Positions 23,655-36,194 of a DNA stretch of 64,000 bases are shown piece after piece. The position numbers were made by a program, and so were the translations under genes. The stretch spans positions 140,740,001 to 140,804,000 of the forward strand of contig OX597815.1 in the NCBI GenBank assembly GCA_951406725.2, written 5' to 3'. Under the pieces are notes generated by a model. That model had not been told where the DNA came from, ran no database searches, and saw only the letters and a program-made list of their open reading frames with translations. How positions within the stretch are numbered: the first letter of the stretch is position 1; each line of letters starts with the position of its first letter. Source of the DNA: Octopus vulgaris. Its lineage: Eukaryota.

Positions 23655-24505
23655 TTACAATTGTTTCGATGTGTTGAACTGGAATATGAGCGAAATAAGG
23701 AAGATTGACAGGAAAATCCGCAAGATGCTCACTTGCAATAAGATGCACCACCCAAAGGCAGATGCAGATCGTCTTTACATTTCCAGAGCCCAAGGAAGGT
23801 GAAGATTGATTCAATTTGAAATCTCTTACAAAACCACCACAAATGGACTGGCCAAATATCTTGAAATATTTAACGACTGGATGCTAAAACTCATTAAAAA
23901 CCACGAGAGACGTAAGAAGCTTCATTCTATCATGAATGAGAGCAAACAAATTACTAATTAGTTCATGCATAATATCCAGTTGAAACAGCATAAAGGAAGT
24001 GCGGCAATTGTCGTAAAAAAGGTGAAATCAACATAAAAATAAAACGCGTTTGAACCATTGGGAACAAAAAGTTTTGCATGGCAAATATTCGACCCGTAGC
24101 AATTAAGCTGATGTAAACAAGATGCATACCCATCAGTTGCTACAGAGCTCAGTGCTAAAGGTAGAGAGTGAAGGCTTTATCTTAGCTATTCAAGATCCCA
24201 GCTTATTGACCAGCCAACGTGATAAAAAAATGGAGCAGATCCAAAGTGCTGATACTGCAACAATGAAAGTGAAACAGTGGACCACCTAATCTCTGGTTGT
24301 AAAGTTTTACCACCAGTAGAATATAAATCTAGACACGACAGAGTTGGCCAGTCTACTCTGGATAAAATGTCGGCATTCTAAAATCAAAACTTCTGACAAA
24401 TAGTACAAGCACTATTCTGTGGCTCAAACTGAGAGAGAAAATGTAGCGACATTTGGGACTTTCCAGTATATACAGACCGGACCATCAAATCTAATAAACT
24501 AGAAA
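23655..24505 (+). mobile_element. R4/Dong-type LINE remnant (post-RT region, zinc knuckle, RLE start)
   Basis: NWNMSEIRKIDRKIRKMLTCNKMHHPKADADRLYI, LKVESEGFILAIQD, ETVDHLISGC..EYKSRHDRVG, IWDFPVYTDRTI. Confidence 0.85.
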
Positions 24506-24659
24506 TTGATTGGCATGAAGATACTTTGCGATTATATCACTTTGGATTATATCACTTGCAATTTCATGAAAACTTGTATTTCCATGAGAAACCTAACATA
24601 CTATGTATATGCGGAAGTTATGTCGGTTTTTAACGTTCTTCTATATTACACTACGAAAG

Positions 24660-25040
24660 AGACTACCACTACGAGTAAATACCCCACGTTGTCACTGTTA
24701 TGTATTTTGTCTCCCTATTTTGTTTGACTAGTTTATGGATATATGTCTCGTACTTTTCGGGCTTGTACCATGTGCCCCCATATTCTGAAAGCAAAGCAAA
24801 TGGTACCAACGCTCTCGTTTAACCCATTAAAGATTTTTACGCAAACACATTTTGTGAGAGCTGTCTCCAGCCTTTCGTTTGTTGGTCCAACAAAAACCTC
24901 TGTAGCTTTGCAAGGTTTTAGCATATTAAAGTTTTCTTTTTTCCAAACCTTGGTGAAAGGTTTTGAGACAGAAGCGCCTGTCTAATAATAAAATGCGTCC
25001 ACGTATTTGTAATCTCCATGAATTGATACATGTTCAAGGA
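24660..25040 (-). mobile_element. Possible Sola2-type transposase N-terminal relic
   Basis: Ordered degenerate motifs KYVDAFYY (D.FCY.CG-like), DQQTKGW, KCVC..L, FAFRIW and IYP, recalling the Sola2 GDQDK.W..C..C..FA.P.IWRE region. Confidence 0.4.
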
Positions 25041-25596
25041 AGCAACATATCAAACTAAAAAATTGTGAACGATGTGGCTTGTTTTGTATTCACAACACTG
25101 TCGCGTGAAAATTTCTGTATACGTGAGCTGTTGTTGATGTCAAACAACACATTGTAATACAACACATTTTTTTTTCTTTTGCTGAATCGACATTCTTTTC
25201 ATTTTCTGCTGTTTATGTGTTTATGCATTCATTATTATATTTTCAAAGTTGTCTTTTTCATTGTTTTTAGGACCTGTTTTGCGCTGTTAGAAAAATATCT
25301 TTCGCGCGATGGGGCCTGGATGTCGGACGAAATGTGTCAAAGAAACTTTAACTGTGAATAAAAATTAGTATTATTTCAAAAGGCATGCGTGGTGTCCACC
25401 AGTTGTTAAATGATATACATACTCATAGTTCAATCGACATTTCTCTAATAAGTAAATAGGATATATTTCATGCCAGAGGGTCATATATAGCTAAACATCA
25501 AGAACAAATATAATATTAATACTTCATCACTAAAATCACTTATCACTAAGTTTCTTATACTTTATTTCGCATATAACTATCGCTGAAATACGAAAG

Positions 25597-26985
25597 GCGA
25601 TGAGCCCACTTTGGAGAGTCTTCTCTGTGAATTCTATGACTCCATGGCAGAATTGTTTGGTGGATACTTGGCAGACGTCTAGCGTAACTGGCAGCGGAAC
25701 TGGAGAACTACTAGTCCTGTTAACCGAGGTATACTAGGACTAGAGAGGAAGGATACTCACGTACAGGATATGCTAAGGGACATACTAGATTTTAGCCAAG
25801 TTGTTAGCAGAAATGCTGGCGGTTGTCGTCGGTAGTCTGGTCAGGAAGCGTAAAGGTATGGCTATCCCAACAGGTGTACCCACGAAACAATCCACCTTAT
25901 TCTATATATCTTAGAGAGTTCTGGGACTATATCTGACTTCGGTGCGATTCGAATCAATACAAAGCTTTCGATAGGGTCGACCATCTCTACTTGCAAGCCG
26001 TCCAGAAATCGACTAGTTTCGGTGGATAGATCGAGGCAATGAACTGTGACATCTATTTGGTGGTCAAAGTAAAAGGCCATCTATCGAAACGTTTTCGCAT
26101 CCTACCCACCATTCGACAGGGCTGCCGGCTGTCGCCTCTTGTGCACGTGCTAATTCTCGAGCCACTGCTGAGGAGGTTGGAACAGTTCAGGAGCGTTCCT
26201 TTCGAACCGGGACACTAGAAGATAGCATCGGTGTACGTGGACAACGTGACCGCCATGGTATCGGTTGCTTCTGGAGTGGAGTCGGTCGGCACCATTCTAC
26301 GGAAATATAGATTGGGGAAACCGGGCGTAAAAGTAAACAAACTAGCTAGTCTATTTCGGAGGACTTTCTGATCGGAGACCACCATCAATACTTTTCCAAT
26401 GCCCTTAGCTTGACAGAGCTTTGGAGGGGCACTACCTGTTCGAAATAAGCTGTAGAGGCACGGATGTGCTCTCGGACGGGCACGTCCGACGTCCGAACAG
26501 AACGACTAAACTGTTGTACATGCATTCATCCAGTGTCCGAGCACTGTGGACTTGTGAAGTGTTGTCGAACAACTGCTATCGTGTGTAGGACAGTTCTGTT
26601 TCTTGGCCGAGTCCATAGTGGTGATAGTCACCCTACTTTAATCGGACACTTAAAATAGTTCTCCTCCACCTGTTGACTGTAGAGAAAGAAGTTCTTTGAG
26701 GAACAAGGTTGGTAGAGCCCTCATCGATGTTTTCAAGTTTAACTGCAAAAGGAAAGTGTGAGCGGAAGAAAAGGTGCTATCTTAAGCGAATTTATTGAAA
26801 TGCGGGTGAAAGGGGCAAAATGGCATAAATCTGCGAGCAGAAGAACAAGAATTACAGAAGGCATTTTTCCGCGGTGTTTAATGAGGTGTTGCATGGTGGG
26901 GTAGTACAATCGTTACTAAAACCTTTCAGTATCAGGAGGATTAGATCATCTTCATACTTTTTATTTCAATGCTGTGTACTACGGG
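25597..26985 (+). mobile_element. Tx1/L1-clade LINE RT remnant
   Basis: EFYDSM, LAKLLA, QYKAFDRVDHLYL, IRQGCRLSPLVHVLILEPLL, SVYVDNVT (AYADDVT-like). GC content is higher than the flanks. Confidence 0.8.
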
Positions 26986-26989
26986 CATA

Positions 26990-27870
26990 TTTTTGGAAGC
27001 AAAAGGGAGAACAAAGATTGAACAATTGGAAACTGAAGATAATGCATAGGCAGTACCTCAGAGAAATGGACGGGAAAGACAAGATCTACACATGTACATG
27101 ACTAATGGAAAGTGATCTGAAAGAATGCACTGAGGAATTGATATGTAGCACCCAGGAACAAGTTCTGAGAATTAATTGCACCAAGTTTTAAATAGATAAG
27201 AGCAGTAAATCACCTCTTTATAGGATGTGGGACAGCAAAAACGAAACTATCTCGCATTTTGTGAGTGAGTATTGGTAACTGGCCCAAAAGGAGTACAAAA
27301 GGAAGTATGATAACGCAGCTAAGTTTGTTCACTGGAGGTTGTGTGAGAAGTACGACTTTGAAAGAACATAGAAATGGTACAAGCATAACGCAGAAGGCGT
27401 TCACTGGGAATAATGAGTATCAGATCTTATGGGATTTTACAATCCTGTGTTATTCACTGATTGAGGATCGGAGATCAGACATTTTTGTAGTGGATACAAG
27501 GAAGAAAGAAACCAAGATCATACATACTGCTATATTTAGAGATGCACGAGTGAGTGAGAAAGAAATTGAAAAGATTGAATTGTACAAGCTACTAAAACAA
27601 AACATGAAACTGCACGAATGTGGGTAATGAGGTGAGTAATTGTCATCCCAGTAGTTTTACGGGTTTGGGAGCATTAACAAAAAGTTTTGAGAAATTTGTG
27701 GTATGAGGGTAGATCATACTCCCAAAACTGCTTTATTAACGACAATGAGGATTTTGAGAGTGATTCTTGGGTGGAAAGAGACTATTGAAAACAGGTTGCT
27801 GATCGCTCTTACAGACTATTGAGCCTATTGGAAACAAGCTGTTGTTCGCCCTTTCAAAATTAACCGGGTC
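26990..27870 (+). mobile_element. R4/Dong-type LINE 3' remnant
   Basis: WKLKIMHRQYL, DLKECTEELICSTQEQ, ETISHFVSE..LAQKEYKRKYDN, ILWDFTI..RRSDIFVVD..EKEIEKIE.Y. Confidence 0.85.
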
Positions 27871-28949
27871 TAAAGCTCTGAGAAATTGGAGGTAAGGAGA
27901 AAACTGGAAATAAATGTGGGAAGAGGATGGTGGCTTCAGGTAACTAAAGACGAATTAGTAATATGAAAACATTTGTTGACAGTGACCAGAGAAAAGAGCG
28001 GTATGGTAGAAAATTTGGAAGGAAGTAACGAAGACATCAAGGTATCTCAAAGCGGAGGACAATATCGGTATCATAGATAAACATAAAGGCGATGCGAACA
28101 ACAGGGTTAGCAAACAAGGATAGATCTCTCAGTAGGGTGGGAAGGGAGTGTATAGCGCGTTGATAAGAGTGGAAACAGTGGTAGGAGAGTGAAAGAATCA
28201 CTACATTGTATTACTTATGCTAGGGATGAGAATTAAATTAAAAAAAAGTAAAAGGTAGCTAGTTCTGAAGTATAACAAATCAAGATAAAGGGGTTTTGTA
28301 GGATGTATGTCCTTGCATGGAAATTATTTTAGAGAAGTGATTTTGTAGGGAGACCTCTTGGCTTCCTACACCCTGCAAGGTGAAAAGCAAGGCCCACGAA
28401 TGAACGAATGGACACAGGCGTGCCCACGGCTATCCAATCACTCGTTTTATGTACAAATACGCTTGCACACGCACGCAGATATATATGTATATATTCATGT
28501 ATGATTTTGACTCATGTCTGCAGATGTGTATACGAACATGTTACATGCCAAACTGCTGGAATATTTCAGATATATTAATAGTTTCTTTAAAAGCTTATAA
28601 TTATATTTCCTTAATTAGCTTTGTGCATTGGGTATCTCTGAAACGTATCTGTTTAAGAATGAGAAATAATTTAGCGGTCATTTACGTAACCAAGTGACTC
28701 AATGATAACAAGTGTAGACCAGATTTAACATTTGTTTGGGAAATATCAAAATATTTCTTATATCTAAACACTATTTTAACATTTGCTGGACAATTGACTG
28801 CTACTACATTGCACCATTTCTTTTCCTCATTCAAGAAAACCTGATATCTTTATATCAGATTTAAAAATATTACCTTTCATCGGGTTTATGACTATTTACC
28901 TTTTACAGCAGCGCACATTGGGAGCTACTGATATATTGCATGTAAAGAA

Positions 28950-29650
28950 TTATGAGGCCCATATATCTTAAATGTAGTTGCAATATTTACTCATTTTTGT
29001 CCAAGTATCTCGATATCATATAATTTCATCCATTCCCGAACATTTATAAGATTTCTCTTTGAATATCAACGAAGTTGCCAGGTCATTGAGAGAAACGTTA
29101 CCGTTATTTTGGCCATACATCATCGTCATATAAACCGTATTGTTTTGCTGGAATATATTTTTAATTTGCTCGCACAAATGCTATTTGCCAGGCTGGTGCT
29201 ACCGTCTTCATGTTCAGCAACGAAATATCATTCAGATTTCTCAACAAAAAGCATACTTTACTGCTAGTGTAATTAACATTAATCAGTGCTATACTTCTTG
29301 AAATATACATCTGCTATATATTCTGCACATTCCATTCGGGTATGCAATTGGTTCGTAGTTCTTACCATATGTGTGGATACAATTGTTTTTTTTTCTTTTG
29401 CGCTAGATTTGGTTTTGCTAACGGAAGTCAGTTTGGAATATTATATCATGATTGATAGGCTTCTGGTAAATGTCAATAAGATAAGCCTGAACGGAGGCCA
29501 CATTTTTTTTTATTTGTAGTCGACAATCAAATTTACTCCTGGTGTATTCTTGTAGCTCAGGTTTTATCTCAGCTTTCAGGAAAATAAAAAAACATCAGTG
29601 TATGCTTTTGATGTAATTCTTGCAGAATACTATCAACACAGCATCATATT
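28950..29650 (-). mobile_element. Old R4/Dong-type RT remnant
   Basis: Minus strand TPGVNLIV, KNYEPIAYPNGMCRIYSRCI (NYRPIAC.N.MYKIY-like) and YLGQ. Confidence 0.5.
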
Positions 29651-30204
29651 AGAAATCCTGGTTCGCATTCTAGTAACTCCGGAGTTACTAGAATACTCCG
29701 GAGTCAATCCATGTCCTCTTGAGAAGACACCTCTATAAATTATACCAACCATTATTTTTCTCTGTCATGCTAATTCATTTCCATTCACTGTTGTTTCGTT
29801 CAGACTTAATATCTTTAAAAATAATTCTTCTTTAAACTAATTTCTAATGATTTTTCTTCCTTTTCTCTTTTCTTTCCTCTTTTCCATTTTTATTTTACTG
29901 GGAGCGTTTAATACCTGTTTAAGTGAAATTGATTTATATTCAAGGGTTCTCCTTTCTGCTATCTTTAAATATTATTTCTACTTCATTTTCCAATTATTGT
30001 TGGTTAAAACTTCCTTATTTGTATATAATCAATAAGTATCGCTGCATAGCAAACGATATCCTGCATTTGTTTTTTTAACGTTTGCTTTTGAATAATAACA
30101 TATTTACGATATTTACTGGACTTTACGAAAGTTACTAGACTGTCATAGGTTCCCCCAATTCTCAAAAAGCCACTCACAGATGCAGGAAAATAGTTAATTG
30201 GCAT

Positions 30205-30960
30205 TTTGTGAAATTATCATATAGCTGCTGCGCCAGTATGAAGAGTATCATTACACGTAGTCAATGCCAAGAGCCTGAATCCAGCTGCAACTCTCGCGAC
30301 CCAGGATCCTGTACACTTGCCCAACGATGTATGACTAAATCTATCATATATGAGCCAGAAGTTACTGCAACCACAAATAATAATACAACTGATGAGAAAA
30401 CTATATTGGTTATATGAAAGTGAATTTAAAAATCGCTATGCTAATCACACGGCCTACTTCCGATTTAGGGACGAAAGTGAAGTTACTAAATTGGGTAGAT
30501 ACGTATGGACTTTGAAAGATAATGAAACACCGTATGTGATTAAATGAAAAGTAAATGAGAAATCTTTACCTTATGTGAAAGAAAGCAGATCCTGTTCAGC
30601 TCAGCTCTAAGATCTCGAACACTCTATTGAGCTCCAAGTCAGAAATTTTCAGCGGTTGTATGTATAAAAATATTTTGAAGAATCGAAAAATTCTGCTTAT
30701 TCCTGAATGACTGGATATCTTTCCAGCCTTATCATTTAACCTTTGTAATTTTACCTTTTATGTTTTAGTTTCTGTTTTTTTTTATCCGTTTATCGTTTTC
30801 CGTCGTTTACTCTCTGCATTGTCTATACACTGCCTTCTCAATTTTTCCTGTTTCCTCTATTATTCAATTTCTTTAGTTTGTTATGATAAACAGTTTGCAC
30901 CTGAAGATGTTTTCCCAACATATGAAACCATTAGCAGTGCTTTAATACATATATTGTGAC
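30205..30960 (+). mobile_element. Penelope-like element 3' part: GIY-YIG remnant plus hammerhead-like tail
   Basis: VKLSYSC..MKSII, CN.R..C.L...C.TKSIIY, YIG..ESEFKNRYANH..F..TKLGRYVWTLK; then GCAC-CTGAAGA..GAAAC..GTGC at 30897-30940. Confidence 0.8.
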
Positions 30961-31029
30961 ATATAAATCAATATTTATCTCACCAGATGAAGTACGATTT
31001 TGTTGAATTTTCTATCACGGATCAGGGCA

Positions 31030-32652
31030 TTGTATATATTATAGAGAAAGCTGTTTATTAATTAGATATGTAACAATTACAAAAAGTACTGAAAGAAAGC
31101 AATTATTAAAGGGTTGACTTTGACCGTCTGGAGATATTTTTATAAATTCATGTTCTAAGAATTTTCCTATAATTTCGATTTCCCGAGTTTATCTATTTTT
31201 TTAAATTCCAATTCATCACAAATTTAAATATTCACTGCGTCCAATTCATCACAAATTTTAATATTCACTGCGTCTCTAACTTTCTCGTTTAAAATTTTAA
31301 TTAGCTATCAATGTATACGTAATGTAAAAACATATATTGAATGAAAATTTTAAAAAATAACCGTTTAATTTTTGAACGCGGAATTGCTGTGAAAAGAGCC
31401 TAGAAAGGTGGGTAATTACAATTAGAAGACGTGGACAAAAGATAAAAAGTTATTAACAATTACTCGAAACTGCTTCTTATTCAGAGTTTTCAAACACAGG
31501 TTCAACAGTGACTCACACACACATACATACACATACACTCGCGACCTCAAATAAATACACATGCACACAAATGAAAGGCAATGAATATGTGTGTGTGCGT
31601 GCGTGTGTGTGTGCTGTTCACTGACAAAACTTCGTGCCGCATCGCATTTGTGAAATTTTGTCAGTGAACAAGTCGTGGTTTCAAACCGACGAAAGTATTT
31701 TGACACAAACGAAGTTTTAATGTTGAAGTGAAGCTAACGGTGTTTTCGTATTCTAGAATGATCTTCAAACAACATCCACGCTGCAATTGTTATTGTTTCA
31801 GCACATGGTCTCAGATCAAGTCATTTGTTAAGCAAGTACATCTCCATAATTTTTGAAAATTACTGTGGATAAATACCAGCAATGACATTCTCAGGCCCTC
31901 CAATATTTTAATTTCTATACAGAAAAAATCGGGGGCAGTGAGTGAAGTTGCAAAAAATTCATTAGTTTTCAAATTTTCATTTTTATAGCATATAAATATA
32001 TTTATGGGGGAAAATATTGAAAAACATTAATATATTTGTACGTGATAAAGAAACGAAGAGGGTTGTCTTTGCATATGCTAGAAATAACAGCGATATCACC
32101 CTAAAATCACTTTCCCTCTGAAAATATCACCTTTTTTTTACCGAAAATACTCTTCTCATGTTTTTGAAGAGCAAAAATAAAATTGGCCAAAATAGATCCG
32201 GAGTGGGATGAAGGAGGAGGGGGAGTAGAAAGACGCCCCCACCAACTCCATCATTTCGAAGGCTGTGGTTTAAAAACAAAATAGGGAAAATCCCCGTAAA
32301 TGTTTTCACCACAAAATTCTTTATAATTGTAATCTATGCCATTTGGAAGGGATTTGTTTAAATTTTCAGTAAATGGTACCCACCTTCCTGAAAGATATGA
32401 TGGGAAAAAGTCAGATTGTGTGAATTTTGTGAAACATCTCTCTCCACTCCCTGGCAAAATTTCCTTCCCATAACTCCTTATATACTCTGAAGCCACACCA
32501 TCTAAGCGGTATTTGTAGAAAATTTTGTTAAGAAGTATCCATTTTTCTAGATGTTATGTGGCAACAAAATCGGGGGCGTATTCATCTGTAATAACGCCCT
32601 TTCATCTATACGATGTTTTCATTTCATATTTACTTCATTCATTGTTTCTTAT

Positions 32653-32693
<41 letters not shown>

Positions 32694-32991
32694 CTCTCTT
32701 CCTCCCTCTCACACACTGCAAAGCTTACAGACGGGCTGCTGACTTAAAATCTCTATGTTGCATTGAGGGGAAGGTTAAACTTGATAAATTGTTTCTCCCT
32801 ACCGTGATGTTTGTTTAAAAAAGATTATGACTATGATAAAATAAGGAAAGCAATATTTACTAAGCAATGAGCATTATTATACAAAGAAATAATTAGACGT
32901 AAAATCTAAAAATTTCAGAAAAGGGAATCAAATGTGAAAATATTATCAAGAGGCTAGCGGAAAACCGCCCGGAGAGCGGTCTTTCTGCTAG
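31030..32991 (+). mobile_element. Non-autonomous Helitron-like element (3' end clear, 5' boundary uncertain)
   Basis: Ends with hairpin ACCGC-CCGGAGA-GCGGT and CTAG|T at 32988-32992. The subterminal sequence recurs at 36771-37240. TATATATTATAGAG head-like motif near 31033. Confidence 0.55.
31208..31273. repeat. 33-bp tandem duplication
   Basis: CCAATTCATCACAAATTTWAATATTCACTGCGT twice. Confidence 0.9.
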
Positions 32992-33824
32992 TAGATATAA
33001 TAATAAATATAATAAAAAATAATGTATTGTAAATAATCAACGACTGGGTTAAAACGTACAAATTATACTGAATGTACAACCGGACGTGAGACAGACACAG
33101 AATGTCCCTAATTCTTCATCAGTTATCAACCAGATGGTATTACTCAAATTCACATCTTCAATGAAGCCAACAAACCAATAGAGAGTGGACATACGAAAGT
33201 GAATAAATGTAATTTAAGACGATGGACAAAGACAAAACAAACAAGAAACGAGCAAAATATAGGCTAAGGGCCAGAAAGACCGGAATAGTGGGTAATTCAC
33301 AGAAGGTATCCTAAAAAAATTAGAAAACAACAAATAGCTCGACAGTGAGACGCAGAGAATTCAGGACCGATCAGCTACGCAACCGGTGTAAAAGGCGAGA
33401 GAAAGAAGAGTTGGGAACGGGTCACGGGTCACGTATCAGCAGCAGCTAACGGAAAAAAAGGTGAGAAGGATAGCGACAGACAGAAAACAAGAGACGGGAT
33501 GAATGGGGAAAAGGAGAAAGGATAAATAGAAGTAAGAGTACGAGAGAGAGAGAGCGAGAGAGAGAGAGAGAGAGAGGGAGGGAGAGAAACAGGAGTTAGA
33601 GGAAAGGCTAGAAATAGAAGTAAGATGACGAGAAAGAGAAGAGAAGTACAAAGAATGAATGAAGGCAAGAAATAGAGTCGCACAGATATATAAAACTTAC
33701 TGTTAATAAAAGCCGGGGTGCGTCGCGTTCGGTTAATGGATAAATGAAAAATGTATTGTTGATAAGCAACAACAGGTTAAAAAATGCCACAACATAAACT
33801 GATATATATATATATATATATATA

Positions 33825-35726
33825 CTAGCAGTATCGCCCGGCGTTGCTCGGGTTTGTAAGGGAAATAACTATATAAGCATTTTTAGAGAGTTATAGCAAA
33901 AAAATGCATTAAAAATGGAATGAAAAATGATGGTAATTTTTTTTTTAAATCGTTGACTCATCGTAGACATTTTTAGAGAGTTACTTCCCTTATATAATAG
34001 CGAAAAAATGCATTAAAATGGAAAAAATGATGGTACATTTTTTAAAAAATCGTAGACTCATCGTAGACGCGCGCTAATACCCAGAAGGGCTCGATAGGAA
34101 TCACGACTATAAGATACCCGGTTTTGGTTAAACTTCACCGCAAAATGTGGGAGTAGTTAGGAATCTAAATCGTAGGAGACAGACACACAACTTCACTTTT
34201 ATATATAAAGATTTGTGCAACAACTAAAACATTCGGTTGTGCAAATTGTTTGCACAGGAAACCTGCCCTGTGTGGCGGTTTTTGCCGTTTTTGTGGATCT
34301 GTTTCAGCTTTTTTAGCGATTTCTGTTTTGGCGACTTCAAGCCATGAAGTCGTTGTTCTAAAAGAACGCTGGTCTCCTTGACAACGCTTTACGACGTTGA
34401 TTTCCTTACACTCCCTTCCCCACAGCTTCACGAGGGAGGGAAGAAGGGGGAGAAGCAACACAGGTGCAGGTGTGAGCATGGACGCCAACTCCGCCGCCTT
34501 CCCTTTATTTAAAAAATATGCGTTAAAATGGAAAAAAATTATGGTAAATTATTTTTAAAATCGTAGACTCATCGTAGACGCGCGCTACTACCCAGACGGG
34601 CTCGATATGAATCACGACTATAAGATACCGGAATTTGGTGAAACTGCACCGCCAAATGTGGGAGTAGTTAGGAATCTAAATCGTAGGAGACAGACACTCA
34701 CACAACTACAGTTTTATATATATACTAGCAGTATCGTCCGGCGTTACTCGGGTTTGTAAGGGAAATAGCTATATAAGCATTTTTAGAGAGTTACTTCCTT
34801 TATAGATGCCAATTCGGGCTTTCTTAGCCATTTCTGTTTTGGTGTCTTCAAGCCATGAAGTCGTTGTTCTAAAAGAACGCTGGTCTCCTTGACAACGCAT
34901 TACGACGTTGATTTAAACTCCCTTCCCCACAGCTTCACGAGGGAGGGAAGAAGGGGGAGAAGCAAACACAGGTGCAGGTGTTTGAGCGTGGACGCCAACT
35001 CCGCCGCCATCGACACATGAAAAATTATGCATTAAAATGGAATAAAAAATGATGTTAAATTATTTTTAAAATCGTAGACTCATCGTAGACGCGCGCTAAT
35101 AGTCAGACGGGATCGATATTAATCACGACTATAAGATACCCGAATTTGGTTAAACTGCACCGCAAAATGTGGGAGGAGTTCGGAATCTAAATCGTAGGAG
35201 ACAGACACTCACACAACTAGAGTTTTATATATATACTAGCAGTATCGCCCGGCGTTGCTCGGGTTTGTAAGGGAAATAACTATATAAGCATTTTTAGAGA
35301 GTTACTTCCCTTATAAATTCGGGCTTTCTTAGCCATTTTTATTTTGGTGTCTTCAAGCCATGAAGTCGTTGTTCTAAAAGAACGCTGGTTTCCTTCACAA
35401 CGCATTACGACGTTGATTTCTTTACACTCCCTTCCCCACAGCTTCACGAGGGAGGGAAGGGGGAGAAGCAAACAGGTGCAGCTGTGAGCATGGACGCCAA
35501 CTCCACCGCCATCGACATACGATGCATTTTATGCATTAAAATGGAATAAAAAATGATGTTAAATTATTTTTTAAATCGTAGACTTATCGTTGACGCGCGC
35601 TAATAGTCAGACGGACTCGATATTAATCACGACTATAAGATACCCGAATTTGGTTAAACTGCACCGCAAAATGTGGGAGGAGTTAGGAATCTAAATCGAA
35701 GGGGACAGACACTCACACAACTAGAG

Positions 35727-35740
<14 letters not shown>
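33825..35740 (-). mobile_element. Head-to-tail array of four non-autonomous Helitron units
   Basis: Units 33825-34211, 34212-34724, 34725-35235 and 35236-about 35740. Minus-strand 3' ends read CCCGAGCAACGCCGGG..CTAG|T. The 33825-34211 unit begins A|TCTTTATATATAAAAG. Confidence 0.88.
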
Positions 35741-35758
<18 letters not shown>

Positions 35759-35766
<8 letters not shown>

Positions 35767-36045
35767 AAATTAGGGTATCTGAGAGATACCACCTTACTGG
35801 AATAGCAGTCAAAGCCCTGACACTAAACCACCTTAAATGTTCTCGCCAGGAGAGAAGACAGAAAGACAAAATAAGCTAGCAAAAAAGATTTTACCGGATA
35901 ATTCAAGATCCTGGATTTCTGGTTTTACTTCAGAGAAGCTCTGCCTTCTTTAGTTGAATATACCAGATAAGCACATAAATACAGATAAATTCAGACTGCT
36001 ATTTTATGATGGTGGTATCGCTTAGATACCCAAATTTATAGTTTA
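35759..36045. mobile_element. MITE with long imperfect terminal inverted repeats, superfamily unassigned
   Basis: TAAACTATAAATTAGGGTATCTGAGAGATACCACC versus reverse complement TAAACTATAAATTTGGGTATCTAAGCGATACCACC (35 bp, 3 mismatches), extended inward by AATAGCAGTC/GACTGCTATT. Confidence 0.72.
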
Positions 36046-36146
36046 AATAATTGTTAACTTTGTATGGTATTTATTCCCGTGCGGGCCACTAGATTAGATC
36101 GATATTTAAATATCGATATCATCCTTATAAATAAATAAATAAATAA

Positions 36147-36194
<48 letters not shown>

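Noticed and set aside
31760-31900. Helitron Pif1 helicase fragment (IYP..N-like, minus strand)
   Set aside because: Too few residues, requires several frameshifts, and is opposite in orientation to the element's 3' end.
33095-33130. Hammerhead (GATAA-CTGATGA-AGAAT..ATTC on -; similar at 37441 +)
   Set aside because: No GAAA core or closing stem I found after stem II.
33825-35740. CRISPR array or ordinary satellite
   Set aside because: Units are 390-510 bp with Helitron termini; there are no short repeats with unique spacers and no cas genes, and the context is eukaryotic.
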